IMG/VR virus record: IMGVR_UViG_3300022602_000078
Coordinates: 5,652 to 69,651 of that record
From: a virus
Length of the DNA stretch: 64,000 nucleotides
Strand: one strand, 5' to 3'
The position numbers were made by a program, and so were the translations under genes. Below the pieces are notes generated by a model, which saw nothing but the letters and a program-made list of their open reading frames with translations, was not told the DNA's origin and did no database searches. Positions 33,758 through 45,600 of the stretch are shown in pieces; positions within the stretch are counted from its first letter, which is position 1, and each line of letters starts with the position of its first letter.

Positions 33758-36610
33758 ATGGGTGAATTGAAAACAGATAATACAGATATTGTTCAAAAAA
33801 CATATACTTTATCTAGATCCCCTGTGGAAACCGAATCAGTACAAACTAAATCTACAGCAACTAATATTTTAAATTCTTATAAATCTTATACATATAATTT
33901 TACAATGGCTGTTTTACCAATAGAAATGGCCAGCGATCCTAATACATATAGAACTAATACAACAGGCAATGATCCTCTAGCAGGATATACTATATTAAGA
34001 TCGGGCGGAAAAGGAGGGCAGCCGTTTAAAGCTCCTGATTTTGCAACACCAGAAAATTTGCTTACTGCAGAATTTAATGCTGATCTTCCTCGTTACTCAT
34101 CATCTGAAAATATTACTAATTCCGATGGTACTATTACCGAAACCCCTAGAAGATCTTTAGGCGTAAATGTAGAATCTCAACAGAGATTGTCTTTAATAAA
34201 AGAAGGTCCGGGGATAGTTACAGATTTTAATAATAGTCCTTGGGTAAATTTTGATTATTATATCGATAATGTTGAAATAAAAACGATAATGGCTCCATCT
34301 CGAGCTGCACACACAACTATTGTACAATCGATATCGTTTGACGTTTATGAACCTTATAGTGTTAGTGGATTTTTAGAAACAATACAAGTAGCAAGTATAA
34401 CGGCGGGCCATATTAATTATATGCAAGCAGTATTTCTATTAAGAATAAAATTTTTAGGATACCCCGATGATCAATTGGATCCAGGAGAACCCGAAACAGT
34501 CGATAAAAGTACAAGATATTTTCCTTTTCATTTTACAAAATTAGATGTTGATGTGACAGAACAGGGTACTCGATATCATTGCCAAGCGGTTCCTATGGAT
34601 CAATTAGCACTTGGACAGTCTAATCGTTTACAACGACCTATAAGAATAGTCGGGGAAACAGTGGCAGAAGTTTTAACCAATTTAATGGTTAGCATTAATA
34701 ATGGCATATATGCAGATGCAAAAAGTGGTAAAGAACAAATTGCTGGTCCAAATACAAATGATACTTATGCTATCGAATTTCCTTCTATTGTAAATAAAAA
34801 ATGGGATACTACAGTACCTAATACAATATCAAAGTCAAAAGTCGCTAGGTTATTTTTACAAAAAAGTATTTTCGGATTTCTTGATCCAAAAGACGCAAAA
34901 TCCAGCAATTACAAATTTGACGATGAAGAAGGAGCAACCTATGCAAATACTCATGTTAATCCTACTGATGTAGCTATGGTATTTCCGGCAGATGCTAATA
35001 TAAATGAAATTATTGATTCTGTTATACGCGATAGCGATTATTTAAGCAGTATATTAAGCAATGATACCTTACAAGTTGATTCAAATGATATGATCGACTT
35101 TTGGAAAGTAACTTTAAAAGTTGAAATAGGGCCGTATGATTTTGTATGGGGAAAAAATTCTAAAAAATATACATATCGTGTTGCACCCCATAAGATACAT
35201 TATACACAAATTCCGGGATTTCAACAAACTAATGCAGATCCTGCAAAATTACAAAATTTAATATTAAGAAATTATAACTATATCTATACTGGCCAAAATG
35301 TCGATATATTAAATTTTAAATTAAATTTTAATACATTGTTTTATGAACCATTGGCTAGAGCAATGGGTAATAATCAAATAATACCTAGTAGTGAATCATT
35401 AGTTCCTGGTGAAACTGCTGAACAAAAGAAAAAAGCACAAACTGATTTAGAATCAATACAAAGAAAATTTATTGGTAGACCTGTAACACTTCCAGATGGA
35501 TTTGCAAGTAAATTAAATCAAAAAAACGCAGGCATTCCATCAAAAGATCCTTTTGCTATACAAGCAAAAAATATGTTTAATTCATTATTATCAAATTCCC
35601 AGTATAGTATGTTAAAGGGGGATCTTGAAATAATCGGCGATCCTTTCTATTTGGTTACCGGCGGATTGGGAAATTATTTTCCTGATCAAAATGAACTCAC
35701 CCCCGCAGAAACAGTGGATGGTGAAGTCAATCATAATTATTCGCAAGTATTAATAGAAGTTGATTTTAAAAATCCCGTAGATATCGATGACAGATCGTTG
35801 TCAACTAATGGAACAGGAATGGCAATTTTTGATAATAAGAAAGTTTCTTTTACAGGAATATATATGGTCACGCAAGCTACTTCTGTTTTTAGAGAAGGCG
35901 TATTTAAGCAACATTTAAATCTTATTAGAATGGTAGCAGTTGATGTGGATCCTAAAATAAAAGTTATTCCGATCGAACAAGTAATGGAATCTAACCCTAA
36001 TCCTTATGATAAGTCAGTTCCCGATGCAGGCAAAGAAAAAATAGTCAAAACTCCATCATCTATACTTAATTTAATAAAAGGTATTCAAACTGTCGAGGGG
36101 TCTATTCAAAATGCTATTAATACTATAAACAATAAAATTAACGGTGGAATTAGTGCTGCTCAAGCAGAACTTAATAGTGTAATGAACACTATCAAGGCTG
36201 AAATATCACCAGTTACTTCTACAATATCGGATATAACATCGAAAATTCAGGGAGCTTCATCTGCATTATCTAATGCCGCAACGAAATTAGGATTAACCCC
36301 AGGACAAACAGCATCTTTATCATTGCTTCAAATACAAACAATGGTAAAAATAGCTCAATCTCTACCGCAAAATTCTAATTTGTCGCAATCATTAGCTAAT
36401 GGTCTTGTACTTACATCTGCGGCATCGTTATCTAATATACCTCCAGCACAACCTGCAACAATAGCACCTCCGACGGGACAAACCATTAATGGAAAATATT
36501 ATACATTTGAACAAATACAAGCTAATAAAGATGCTAGTGATGCATCGGGAATTCCTTTAAGTGCATACTATGGTATAAGTTCTTCTCAATCAACAGGAAA
36601 AGGACTTTAA
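33758..36610 (+). CDS. Baseplate hub protein (gp27/VgrG-N-like)
   Basis: Position between gp53-like and gp5; 'LEIIGDP' and 'FTGIYMVTQATSVFREGVFKQHLNLIR' hub motifs. Confidence 0.65.
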   Translation: MGELKTDNTDIVQKTYTLSRSPVETESVQTKSTATNILNSYKSYTYNFTMAVLPIEMASDPNTYRTNTTGNDPLAGYTILRSGGKGGQPFKAPDFATPENLLTAEFNADLPRYSSSENITNSDGTITETPRRSLGVNVESQQRLSLIKEGPGIVTDFNNSPWVNFDYYIDNVEIKTIMAPSRAAHTTIVQSISFDVYEPYSVSGFLETIQVASITAGHINYMQAVFLLRIKFLGYPDDQLDPGEPETVDKSTRYFPFHFTKLDVDVTEQGTRYHCQAVPMDQLALGQSNRLQRPIRIVGETVAEVLTNLMVSINNGIYADAKSGKEQIAGPNTNDTYAIEFPSIVNKKWDTTVPNTISKSKVARLFLQKSIFGFLDPKDAKSSNYKFDDEEGATYANTHVNPTDVAMVFPADANINEIIDSVIRDSDYLSSILSNDTLQVDSNDMIDFWKVTLKVEIGPYDFVWGKNSKKYTYRVAPHKIHYTQIPGFQQTNADPAKLQNLILRNYNYIYTGQNVDILNFKLNFNTLFYEPLARAMGNNQIIPSSESLVPGETAEQKKKAQTDLESIQRKFIGRPVTLPDGFASKLNQKNAGIPSKDPFAIQAKNMFNSLLSNSQYSMLKGDLEIIGDPFYLVTGGLGNYFPDQNELTPAETVDGEVNHNYSQVLIEVDFKNPVDIDDRSLSTNGTGMAIFDNKKVSFTGIYMVTQATSVFREGVFKQHLNLIRMVAVDVDPKIKVIPIEQVMESNPNPYDKSVPDAGKEKIVKTPSSILNLIKGIQTVEGSIQNAINTINNKINGGISAAQAELNSVMNTIKAEISPVTSTISDITSKIQGASSALSNAATKLGLTPGQTASLSLLQIQTMVKIAQSLPQNSNLSQSLANGLVLTSAASLSNIPPAQPATIAPPTGQTINGKYYTFEQIQANKDASDASGIPLSAYYGISSSQSTGKGL

Positions 36611-36613
36611 TTT

Positions 36614-38710
36614 ATGACAATTAATAAAAGATCTTTAGCACCATTACCATCAGCTGGTCCATTCATAGGAGAAATAACTAATCATTTAGATCCTTCATAT
36701 ATGGGAGGAGTAGAAGTTGCATTAATTAAAGGTATTCCTGGAGATGTTGATAGTCAAGATTTTGTTTATCCTGTACAATATCTTAATCCTTTTTATGGAG
36801 TGACTTCGGCAAGATTCGAAGGTAATGATAGCACAAATTTCAATGACGTACAAAAAAGCTATGGAATGTGGTTCGTACCACCCGATGTAGGAACTAAAGT
36901 TTTAGTTATTTTTGTGGACGGCGATCCTAACCAAGGATATTGGATGGGATGTGTAATGGATGATTATCAAAATCAAATGATTCCGGGTATTGCTGCTAGT
37001 AAAAATTCTGCAGTGACTCGGGATCATATTAATACATACGGTACTACATTATTACCTGTAGCAGAAATACATAAAAAAAGTCAGAATATAAATGATGAAT
37101 CAGTAATAGATAATATACCTAAAGCAGTCCATCCGTTTGCTGATAGATTATTACAACAAGGATTATTATTAGATACTATAAGGGGTGTAACTTCTAGTTC
37201 GGCTAGAAGAGAAATACCCAGTGCTGTATTTGGAATTAGTACCCCAGGTCCTGTGGATACTAGAAATGGAGCTAAACGTGGATCAATCGGATATCAAAGT
37301 TCTCGTCAGGCTCCAGTTAGTAGATTGGGAGGAACAACCTTTGTAATGGATGATGGAGACCTCAATGGTAATAACGAATTAGTGAGAATACGTACAAGAA
37401 CTGGGCATCAAATTTTACTGCATAATTCTTCAAAGTTAATTTATATTGCTAATGCTGAGGGAACTGCTTGGTTAGAAATGACCAGTCAAGGAAAAATAGA
37501 TATCTATGCTGCTGATTCGGTATCTATTCATAGTGAAAATGATATTAATCTTCGTGCCGAACGAGATATTAATTTTGAAGCAGGCCGAAATTTAAATATG
37601 GTGGGATTGCAGGGAATTCAAATAGAAAGTCAATCAGAATTAGCAATTATATCATCGGATAATGTATATATTCAAACTGATGGAGAAATGAATATTAATT
37701 CCGAAGGCGATTTTAATATTGAATCGACAAATAATTTTAATGTTATCGGTGATAACTCAGTTAAGATTGAAAGTTCGGCCGATGTGCATTTATCGGCAAA
37801 AGGTACAATGTATCAAGGATCTAATAGTGATTTCAATGTATCTGCGGGTGGCAAATATTTTGAAACTGCACAACAAATTCATATGAATGGACCTACTGCT
37901 GCTACGCCAACAAGTCCCGCTGCTGCGTCACAGGTAGATACATTGCCGAGATTTTCTTTACCAAATACTCTACAACCTAGTTCTTGGACCGGCAAATATT
38001 TTAATGCCGATAACTTTACTACAATATTAACCAGAATACCCACACACGAACCTTACCCTCAGCACGAAAATATTAACCCTACCCAATTTAATACAATCGG
38101 TACCGATGCCCAGGCAACTGGAGGTCCGACATCACAAATATCAGGAGGGGTATCAAAGCATATTTCAAGCCTAACAACTTTTAAACCTAATGTAAAAGCA
38201 GCTCCTCCTACCCCAACAGGAGATACCGCCAGTAAAAATTTACAGGCATTTTTATGGATGATTAGAGTAGCGGAAGGAACTGATACCATTAATGGCTATA
38301 ATACTATGTTTACCGGCAAAACATTTAATGTTACCGATCCAACTATAAATGGAATAGCAAATCCCACATACAATTATGCCGTTTTTCCGGGAATATTGAA
38401 TAGCGCAAATGGTAAAACTTCTAGCGCAGCTGGCGCATACCAATTTACATCTAAAACTTGGCAAGGTTGTCAGAAAGCTCTTAATTTGCCTGATTTTAGT
38501 CCCGCAAGTCAAGATAAGGCGTGTGTTTATCTATTATCCCAAACTAATTCTATAAATGATATTCAAAATGGTAATTTTACAATAGCAGTATCTAAGAATA
38601 AGAAAATATGGGCCAGTTTACCGGGTGCAAATTATCCAGGACAACCTATGCAAAAGTTAAGTGATTTACAAACAGCTTATCTAAAAGCAGGAGGAACAGT
38701 CGTTGCTTAA
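36614..38710 (+). CDS. gp5: Baseplate central spike (gp5-like) with C-terminal lambda-type lysozyme
   Basis: OB-fold 'PPDVGTKVLVIF...YWMG', beta-helix repeats, then 'AFLWMIRVAEGT...SAAGAYQF...TW...DFSPASQD...WASLPG...GQ'. Confidence 0.88.
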   Translation: MTINKRSLAPLPSAGPFIGEITNHLDPSYMGGVEVALIKGIPGDVDSQDFVYPVQYLNPFYGVTSARFEGNDSTNFNDVQKSYGMWFVPPDVGTKVLVIFVDGDPNQGYWMGCVMDDYQNQMIPGIAASKNSAVTRDHINTYGTTLLPVAEIHKKSQNINDESVIDNIPKAVHPFADRLLQQGLLLDTIRGVTSSSARREIPSAVFGISTPGPVDTRNGAKRGSIGYQSSRQAPVSRLGGTTFVMDDGDLNGNNELVRIRTRTGHQILLHNSSKLIYIANAEGTAWLEMTSQGKIDIYAADSVSIHSENDINLRAERDINFEAGRNLNMVGLQGIQIESQSELAIISSDNVYIQTDGEMNINSEGDFNIESTNNFNVIGDNSVKIESSADVHLSAKGTMYQGSNSDFNVSAGGKYFETAQQIHMNGPTAATPTSPAAASQVDTLPRFSLPNTLQPSSWTGKYFNADNFTTILTRIPTHEPYPQHENINPTQFNTIGTDAQATGGPTSQISGGVSKHISSLTTFKPNVKAAPPTPTGDTASKNLQAFLWMIRVAEGTDTINGYNTMFTGKTFNVTDPTINGIANPTYNYAVFPGILNSANGKTSSAAGAYQFTSKTWQGCQKALNLPDFSPASQDKACVYLLSQTNSINDIQNGNFTIAVSKNKKIWASLPGANYPGQPMQKLSDLQTAYLKAGGTVVA

Positions 38711-38716
38711 ACAACG

Positions 38717-38723
38717 ATAAATA
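38717..38723 (+). promoter_or_regulatory. Late promoter ATAAATA inside palindrome ACGATA-AA-TATCGT
   Basis: 5 nt before ATG 38729; no SD. Confidence 0.65.
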
Positions 38724-38728
38724 TCGTC

Positions 38729-39175
38729 ATGCCTTATAAATCATTAGAAATTACAAATCCTACCCCATCAAGTCAACAATTTGTTGCTACTAATCACAAG
38801 TATTCGGGATTTAGTACAATTAACAATACAAATCCTGGATCAAAACTATATGACATTGATTTAATAAAGCAAGATCTTATAAATCAATTTAATACAAGGA
38901 CTGGAAGCAGGGTAATGAATCCTACATTCGGTACTGTTCTATGGAATTATCTAATGGAACCATTGACTGATAATATTAGGGAATTATTACAAACCGAAGT
39001 TACAAAGATATGCTCGTCAGATCCTAGAATACAACCTATCTCAATTAATCTTACTGAATATATAGATGGATATTTGTTAGAATTAACAGCAAATATAGTA
39101 GGAACAAATCAATCTGTTAATATGTTGTTAACATTTGATCAAAATCTTGGGCTGGCATCGGCAGCGCAGCAATAA
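38729..39175 (+). CDS. gp25: Baseplate wedge / sheath initiator (gp25)
   Basis: 'DIDLIKQDLINQFNTRTGSRVMNPTFGT...LMEP...DPRI'. Confidence 0.9.
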   Translation: MPYKSLEITNPTPSSQQFVATNHKYSGFSTINNTNPGSKLYDIDLIKQDLINQFNTRTGSRVMNPTFGTVLWNYLMEPLTDNIRELLQTEVTKICSSDPRIQPISINLTEYIDGYLLELTANIVGTNQSVNMLLTFDQNLGLASAAQQ

Positions 39176-39221
39176 TATGCTAAGTTTATTATTACAATAA
39201 ATACCAAAGTAAATTAAAATT

Positions 39222-42200
39222 ATGTCAATTCCAACAACACCATCTAACATATTAACCACAGAAGATTGGGTCAAAAAGTATCGATCTTATCCCAATGCCG
39301 AATTCCAAAGTTATGATTTTGATACATTAAAACGCATTTTAATTGCTTATCTTCAAGAGAACTATCCCGAAGATTTTAATGATTACATTAATAGCAGCGA
39401 ATACATTGCATTAGTTGATTTAATAGCATATCTCGGGCAAAATCTTAGTTTCCGTATTGATTTAAATGCTCGTGAAAATTTCTTAGAGACTGCACAACGT
39501 AGGGACAGTATTTTACGATTAGCACAGCTAATAAGTTATTCGCCCTCTAGGAATATCCCAGCCTCGGGAATTTTAAAAATAACAGCAATATCTACCACAG
39601 ATAGCGTTTTTGACAGTACAGGTATAAATCTATCCAACACTACTGTTGTTTGGAATGATTCTACGAATTCAAATTGGTATGAGCAATTTATAGACATTCT
39701 TAATGCTGCTATGAACGCCAATGCTGGTTTTGGAACACCTTTAGACAGTTTAACCATTAGTGGCATTTTAACTCAGCAATATCAGGTCAATAGTTCGACT
39801 AAAGATGTGCCTATATTTGATTTTACAAAAAATATCAGCGGCACATCGATGAATTTTGAAATTGTACCAGCAACGTTATCCAATGGAACGTCTGTATCTG
39901 AACAATCTCCTCAACCCGGAAGTAAATTTAGTTTTCTTTATCAAAATGATTATCAAGGTAATTCAAGTTCTAATACTGGATTCTTTGTTTATTTTAAACA
40001 AGGGCAATTGGGAGTATCTAATTTTACATTAACAACTCCGGCAGCTAATGAACTTATTGGTGTTAATATTAATAATATTAACAATAATGATGTTTGGTTA
40101 TGGCAATTAGATTCTAATGGAAACTATTCAACCTTATGGACCCAGGTTCCGGCTATTACAGGTAGTAGCGTCATTTACAATAGTATTAATGCCGATGTAC
40201 GAAACATTTATAGTGTAACTACTAGAGATGGAGATCAAATAGATCTAAATTTTTCTGACGGTAGTTTTGGTAATCTACCGCAAGGTGTTTTTTCTTTATT
40301 TTATCGACAAAGTAACGGATTGTCTTATACTATAAGTCCTCAACAAATGAGTGGTATAGTTATTAAGATTCCTTATGTTAATCAAAATGGTCAAAATCAG
40401 ACGTTAACGATGACATTAGGATTACAATATACTATTTCTAATAGTTCAGGCGCTGAATCTAACGCCAGTATACAATTAAAAGCACCACAGGCATATTATA
40501 CACAAAATAGAATGGTTACTGCCGAAGATTATAATATCTCACCATTAACATTAGGTAGTGATATATTAAAAGTTAAAAGTGTGGCAAGAGTTACTAGTGG
40601 TGTAAGTAGATACTTTGAATTAAGTGATGTAAGTGGAAAATACAGTTCAACAAATATATTTGCATCTGATGGTATATTATATAAAAATAATTCCGAATCA
40701 AATTTTACATTTACATTTGCTAATCAAAATGATATTTGGAATGTTATTAAAACACAGGTAGAACCTATTGTCGCGGATCCGGCATTACTGTCATTTTACT
40801 TCGATCAATATAGAACTCATGCTCCTATTGTTTTAGATCCTACATTGGAATTGTCATGGAATAAAGTTAGTACTACTACTGGACAATCGACCGGATATTT
40901 TCAAAATAGTACCGGGCCTATTAGTGTAGGTACTTATATATCTAATAATTTAAAATATATTACTCAAGGAGCCATGGTTAAATTTGTTTCTCCGGGTAGG
41001 TTAGCGCATTCCGATCCTAGATATAATCCTTCTTTAAATTATTTTACTCCTGCGGGTAAATTGGTAAAAAATAAAGGAAGTAATGGCCAATCATATGCTT
41101 GGGCAATGGTTAGTCAAGTTATTGGCAATGGATCCGCCCTAATTGGAAACAATGGACCTATTGTATTAAGTAATCTAATTGATAATGCTGCAATTCCTGT
41201 GGAAATTGTTCCTACCTTTATTAGCGCCTTTACTTATTCATTCGAATCCAATTTAGTTACCTTATGCCAATCTCAACAGAATTTTGGATTAACATTTGAT
41301 AATATATTAAGAACCTGGACAATTATAGCCGATACCAATTTAGATTTGATAAATTCATTTAGTTTAATAAACCAAGGCGATTCTTCTGGACTTAGTTTAG
41401 ATGCTAGTTGGATAATAGCATTTGTTTGGACTGGTAATAGCTATGAAGTGAAATATAGATTTACAAATTATATATTTCAAAGTGTTCAAGAAACAGCATT
41501 TTACATAGATCCTAATAATGTAAATTATGATTTTGTCAGAAATACAGTTGTAAAAGATCAAATTAACATATTATCTATAAATTCTTTAAACACAACTACT
41601 AGTGTAGGATTAGGTAAAGATTATCAATGGCAGATAGATGGAAATATTACGGAAACAGATGGATATGTAGATCCTAGTAAAGTTGAAATTAGTTTTTATA
41701 ATTACAATAATTCAGGACAAATTTCAGATCCTGATGCTTATAATAATATTGTACAACCATTTAGCACAGATTCTATAACAGGATATCAAGATAAATTTGT
41801 TTATTTTCAAGTGCAATCTGATGGACAAACATATGCTCCTGTAGATAGTGGAATATTTACTGCATATCCAACTCCTGATGCTGTTCCGACATCTGGACCA
41901 AATGCACCTAATAACGGAGATTTATATTATTTTTATGATTCTTCTTATAATGTTGTGAACAAATATGTTTCGGCAGGTATTCGTCAATATAACACTACAG
42001 TATATTGGGAATATGTTCCTGGCTATCAAGTTTACTCAGGACGATCGAATTTAAAATTTCAATACTTACATAATAGTGGAGAAGATACAAGAATTGATCC
42101 TAGTAAAACTAACATCATTGATATCTATTTACTGACAGCAGATTATGATACTGCTTATAGAACATGGTTATCTACTGGAGTAGGCCCGGCACCATTGGCT

Positions 42201-42686
42201 CCTACTAGTAATAGTTTGTCACTAAATTATTCTGCATTATTAGAACCTATTAAAACTATTAGTGATCAATTGATTTTTCAACCTGTAAGTTATAAAATAT
42301 TATTTGGTAGCCAAGCAGATACTAATTTACAAGCTACATTTAAAGCAGTTCAAAGTTCTTCAAGTATTGCTAGTGTTAGTAATTTACAAGGAAGAATACT
42401 AACTGCTATTAATGATTTCTTTTCCTTGCAAAATTGGGATTTTGGTCAATCATTCTATTTTAGTGAATTATCCACATATGTAATGAATTTATTAACACCA
42501 GATATCACAAATTTTGTTATAGTTCCTAATTCAGAAAATTCTTTTGGAAGTCTGTATGAAATAACATGTCTTGATACCGAATTATTTGTAAGTGGGGTAA
42601 CAGTAAATAATATAGAAATTATTAGTGCGATTACTGCCAGCCAATTAAATCTTACAAATAATATAATTACTAGTGCTGGAAATTAA
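39222..42686 (+). CDS. gp6: Baseplate wedge protein (gp6-like)
   Basis: 'DFDTLK...LVDLIAY...ENFLETAQRRDSILRLA...Y', 'FSDGSFGNLP', 'ESNASIQLKAP...QNRMVTAEDY'. Confidence 0.88.
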   Translation: MSIPTTPSNILTTEDWVKKYRSYPNAEFQSYDFDTLKRILIAYLQENYPEDFNDYINSSEYIALVDLIAYLGQNLSFRIDLNARENFLETAQRRDSILRLAQLISYSPSRNIPASGILKITAISTTDSVFDSTGINLSNTTVVWNDSTNSNWYEQFIDILNAAMNANAGFGTPLDSLTISGILTQQYQVNSSTKDVPIFDFTKNISGTSMNFEIVPATLSNGTSVSEQSPQPGSKFSFLYQNDYQGNSSSNTGFFVYFKQGQLGVSNFTLTTPAANELIGVNINNINNNDVWLWQLDSNGNYSTLWTQVPAITGSSVIYNSINADVRNIYSVTTRDGDQIDLNFSDGSFGNLPQGVFSLFYRQSNGLSYTISPQQMSGIVIKIPYVNQNGQNQTLTMTLGLQYTISNSSGAESNASIQLKAPQAYYTQNRMVTAEDYNISPLTLGSDILKVKSVARVTSGVSRYFELSDVSGKYSSTNIFASDGILYKNNSESNFTFTFANQNDIWNVIKTQVEPIVADPALLSFYFDQYRTHAPIVLDPTLELSWNKVSTTTGQSTGYFQNSTGPISVGTYISNNLKYITQGAMVKFVSPGRLAHSDPRYNPSLNYFTPAGKLVKNKGSNGQSYAWAMVSQVIGNGSALIGNNGPIVLSNLIDNAAIPVEIVPTFISAFTYSFESNLVTLCQSQQNFGLTFDNILRTWTIIADTNLDLINSFSLINQGDSSGLSLDASWIIAFVWTGNSYEVKYRFTNYIFQSVQETAFYIDPNNVNYDFVRNTVVKDQINILSINSLNTTTSVGLGKDYQWQIDGNITETDGYVDPSKVEISFYNYNNSGQISDPDAYNNIVQPFSTDSITGYQDKFVYFQVQSDGQTYAPVDSGIFTAYPTPDAVPTSGPNAPNNGDLYYFYDSSYNVVNKYVSAGIRQYNTTVYWEYVPGYQVYSGRSNLKFQYLHNSGEDTRIDPSKTNIIDIYLLTADYDTAYRTWLSTGVGPAPLAPTSNSLSLNYSALLEPIKTISDQLIFQPVSYKILFGSQADTNLQATFKAVQSSSSIASVSNLQGRILTAINDFFSLQNWDFGQSFYFSELSTYVMNLLTPDITNFVIVPNSENSFGSLYEITCLDTELFVSGVTVNNIEIISAITASQLNLTNNIITSAGN

Positions 42687-42688
42687 TC

Positions 42689-45600
42689 ATGGCAACTAAT
42701 TTTATTCAGTCGGTTAATTTACTTCCGGATTTTTTACAGACAGATAAGAATACAAAATTTCTTGCCAGTACAATCGATCAATTAATTCAAAAACCTCAAT
42801 TAGAAAGGTTAGATGGATATATAGGATCTACCAATACTCCTACATATACCACTAGTGATGTCTATATTTCTGAATTTTCTAATTTAAGAACAGATTATCA
42901 ATTAACTCCATCATTAATTGTCCAAGATGAATTAGGAAATATTAGTAGTGTTGTTGCTATAGATGATCTTGTAAATGAAATTAATCTTTACGGCGGAAAT
43001 ACAGATAATTTTGATAGATTATTTAGATCTGATTTTTATTCATATGATCCGAAAATAGATTGGGACAAATTAGTAAATTACCAACAGTATTATTGGTTAA
43101 TTAATGGGCCAGATCTATTAATATTGAATAATGTGGAAAGTGTGGTATCGAATATTCTGGGTCGTACAACATATTCCATTAATGGAATAACATTGTCTAA
43201 TGGTATGAAAATATCATTCGATAATACTGTAGAAACTTTTTATCAAAATAAAGAATTTTTTGTCGAGGGGGTTGGAACATCAATAGTTTTGATCGATCTT
43301 TCTACTTTGACAGGAACCGAATCGGTAGATACATTATATACGGATTCATTTGATGCTAGCCAGTTTGATCAATATCCATTTGATGGAACAGTAAAACTTC
43401 CATTAAGTCCTGATTATATAACAATTAATCGAGCCAGTCAAGATTTAAATCCTTGGACTCGTAATAATCGATGGGTTCATGCTGATGTAATTGCAGCATC
43501 AGCTGCTGCAACTAATCAAATACCGGTATATCCTTCAAATTTACGAGCTACTAGACCTATTATAGAATTTGCAGCGAATTTAAAACTTTATAATTTCGGA
43601 ACATCAGGAATACCTAATGTCGATTATATCGATAATACTATAACTGATGTTTTTTCTACAATATCAGGTTCGACCTCCACTGTTATAATAGACGGAGTTT
43701 CTATAGCACCAGGAACAGCAAAAAATAATACAGTAATATTCCTTGCTGATAATAATCCTGCAGTTGCTGGAAAAATTTATCAAATTAATTATATAACTAT
43801 AGCAGGTCAATTAAGATTAACATTAACAGAAATCGATACATTGATAGTTGGATCCGCAACTGCAGTTAACTATGGTAAAACAAATGCCGGAACTAGTTGG
43901 TGGTATAATGGATTAACATGGATATATGCTCAACAATATACTACAAATAATCAAGCACCACTATTTGATTTATTCGATGATCAAGGCCATAGTTATAGTG
44001 ATACTACATACTATTCTAGTAATTTTACTGGAAATCAGATCTTTGGGTATGGGGTAGGAACTGGAATTTCCGATCCTGTATTAGGTTTTCCATTACAATA
44101 TAAAAATAATTTAGATCTTAATGCTGCTTATTTGTTTCAAAATTATTTCATGAATGATACTATTACTATCATTGAAGATAATCAACTAACACTTATTCCT
44201 ACAAAAATAACGTATTTTAAAATAGGGGAAAATTATTTTAATGTGTGGAATAAAGCAGCAGAATATCCCATACCTGTATTAACCTCAAATTTAACTGCCA
44301 CTACATCTACATATTATAATTTACCATTAGGACTTACTAATAATCCTTTAAATGGCCCTATTAAATCATTTACATTAAGTGATTTAACTAATCATGTCAA
44401 TACTATGGCATCTAATACTCTTTCAGGATTTGTAGCAGCTAATACTGCTTCGACTATTTTAGTACCTGGTAATAGTAATTTAAGAGATATTGGAGATATA
44501 TCAATTTATGGTAGCAGACTGATATCGAATATTAATCCTATGCCATATGCCCACTTGTTTATCGGTACAAAAGAAAACAGTGTCATTGACGCATTAACAA
44601 AGGCAGCAGATCAATATAATCAATTTAAAATGGGGTTTTTAAAAAAAATCTCAGCAATAAGTATTCAAACAGATCCTGTTCTTGCTGTTGATACTGCATT
44701 ATCGGAAATGAATGCTAATAAAACATCCGTTTCGTCTTATTATTTTTCAGATATGGTTCCTTATGGAACAGATTTTATTTCAAGAACTTGGACAGTTATT
44801 AATAGTGCTAATACAGTTTACCCCATAACATCACCGTATGATCCTACGGCATTAACATTAAGAGCAATACTAGTTTATGTAAATGGCACACAATTAATTT
44901 ATGGACAAGATTATGAATTCGTTGCTAATGATCCATATGTTCAATTTTTAATTACATTAAATGTCGGCGATGTGATTATTATCAATGATTTTACAAATAC
45001 TAAAGGAAATTATATTCCTTCTACCCCTACCAAATTAGGGTTATATCCTAAGTTCACTCCTAGAATTTTTCTTGATAATACGTATATTATTCCGGTTAAT
45101 GTAATTCAAGGTCATGATGGTAGTATTATGACCGCGTATAATGATCATAGAGACGAGATTATTCTTGAATTTGAAAAAAGAATTTACAATAATATTAAAT
45201 CAAATTACAGATCAGAATTATTAGATATTAATGTATCTTCTCCTGGCGCATATAGAACTAGTGATTATTCTATAGATGAAATTAATACTATAATACAACA
45301 AGATTTTATTAAGTGGGCAAATTATTACGGAATTGATTATACTGTTAACACAACATTCAATCAAGATAATTATTTTACTTGGAATTATACTAGCGGATAT
45401 AATAATAATACTAACACATTATTATTTGGATCTTGGAGAGCTATTTACAAATATTTTTATGACACCGATCGTCCACATACCAATCCTTGGGAGATGTTAG
45501 GATTTAGTGAAGAACCTAGTTGGTGGGTAAATCAATATGGAGAAGCACCATATACTTCTAATAACGATAGTTTATGGGATGATCTTGAAGCAGGCAGTAT

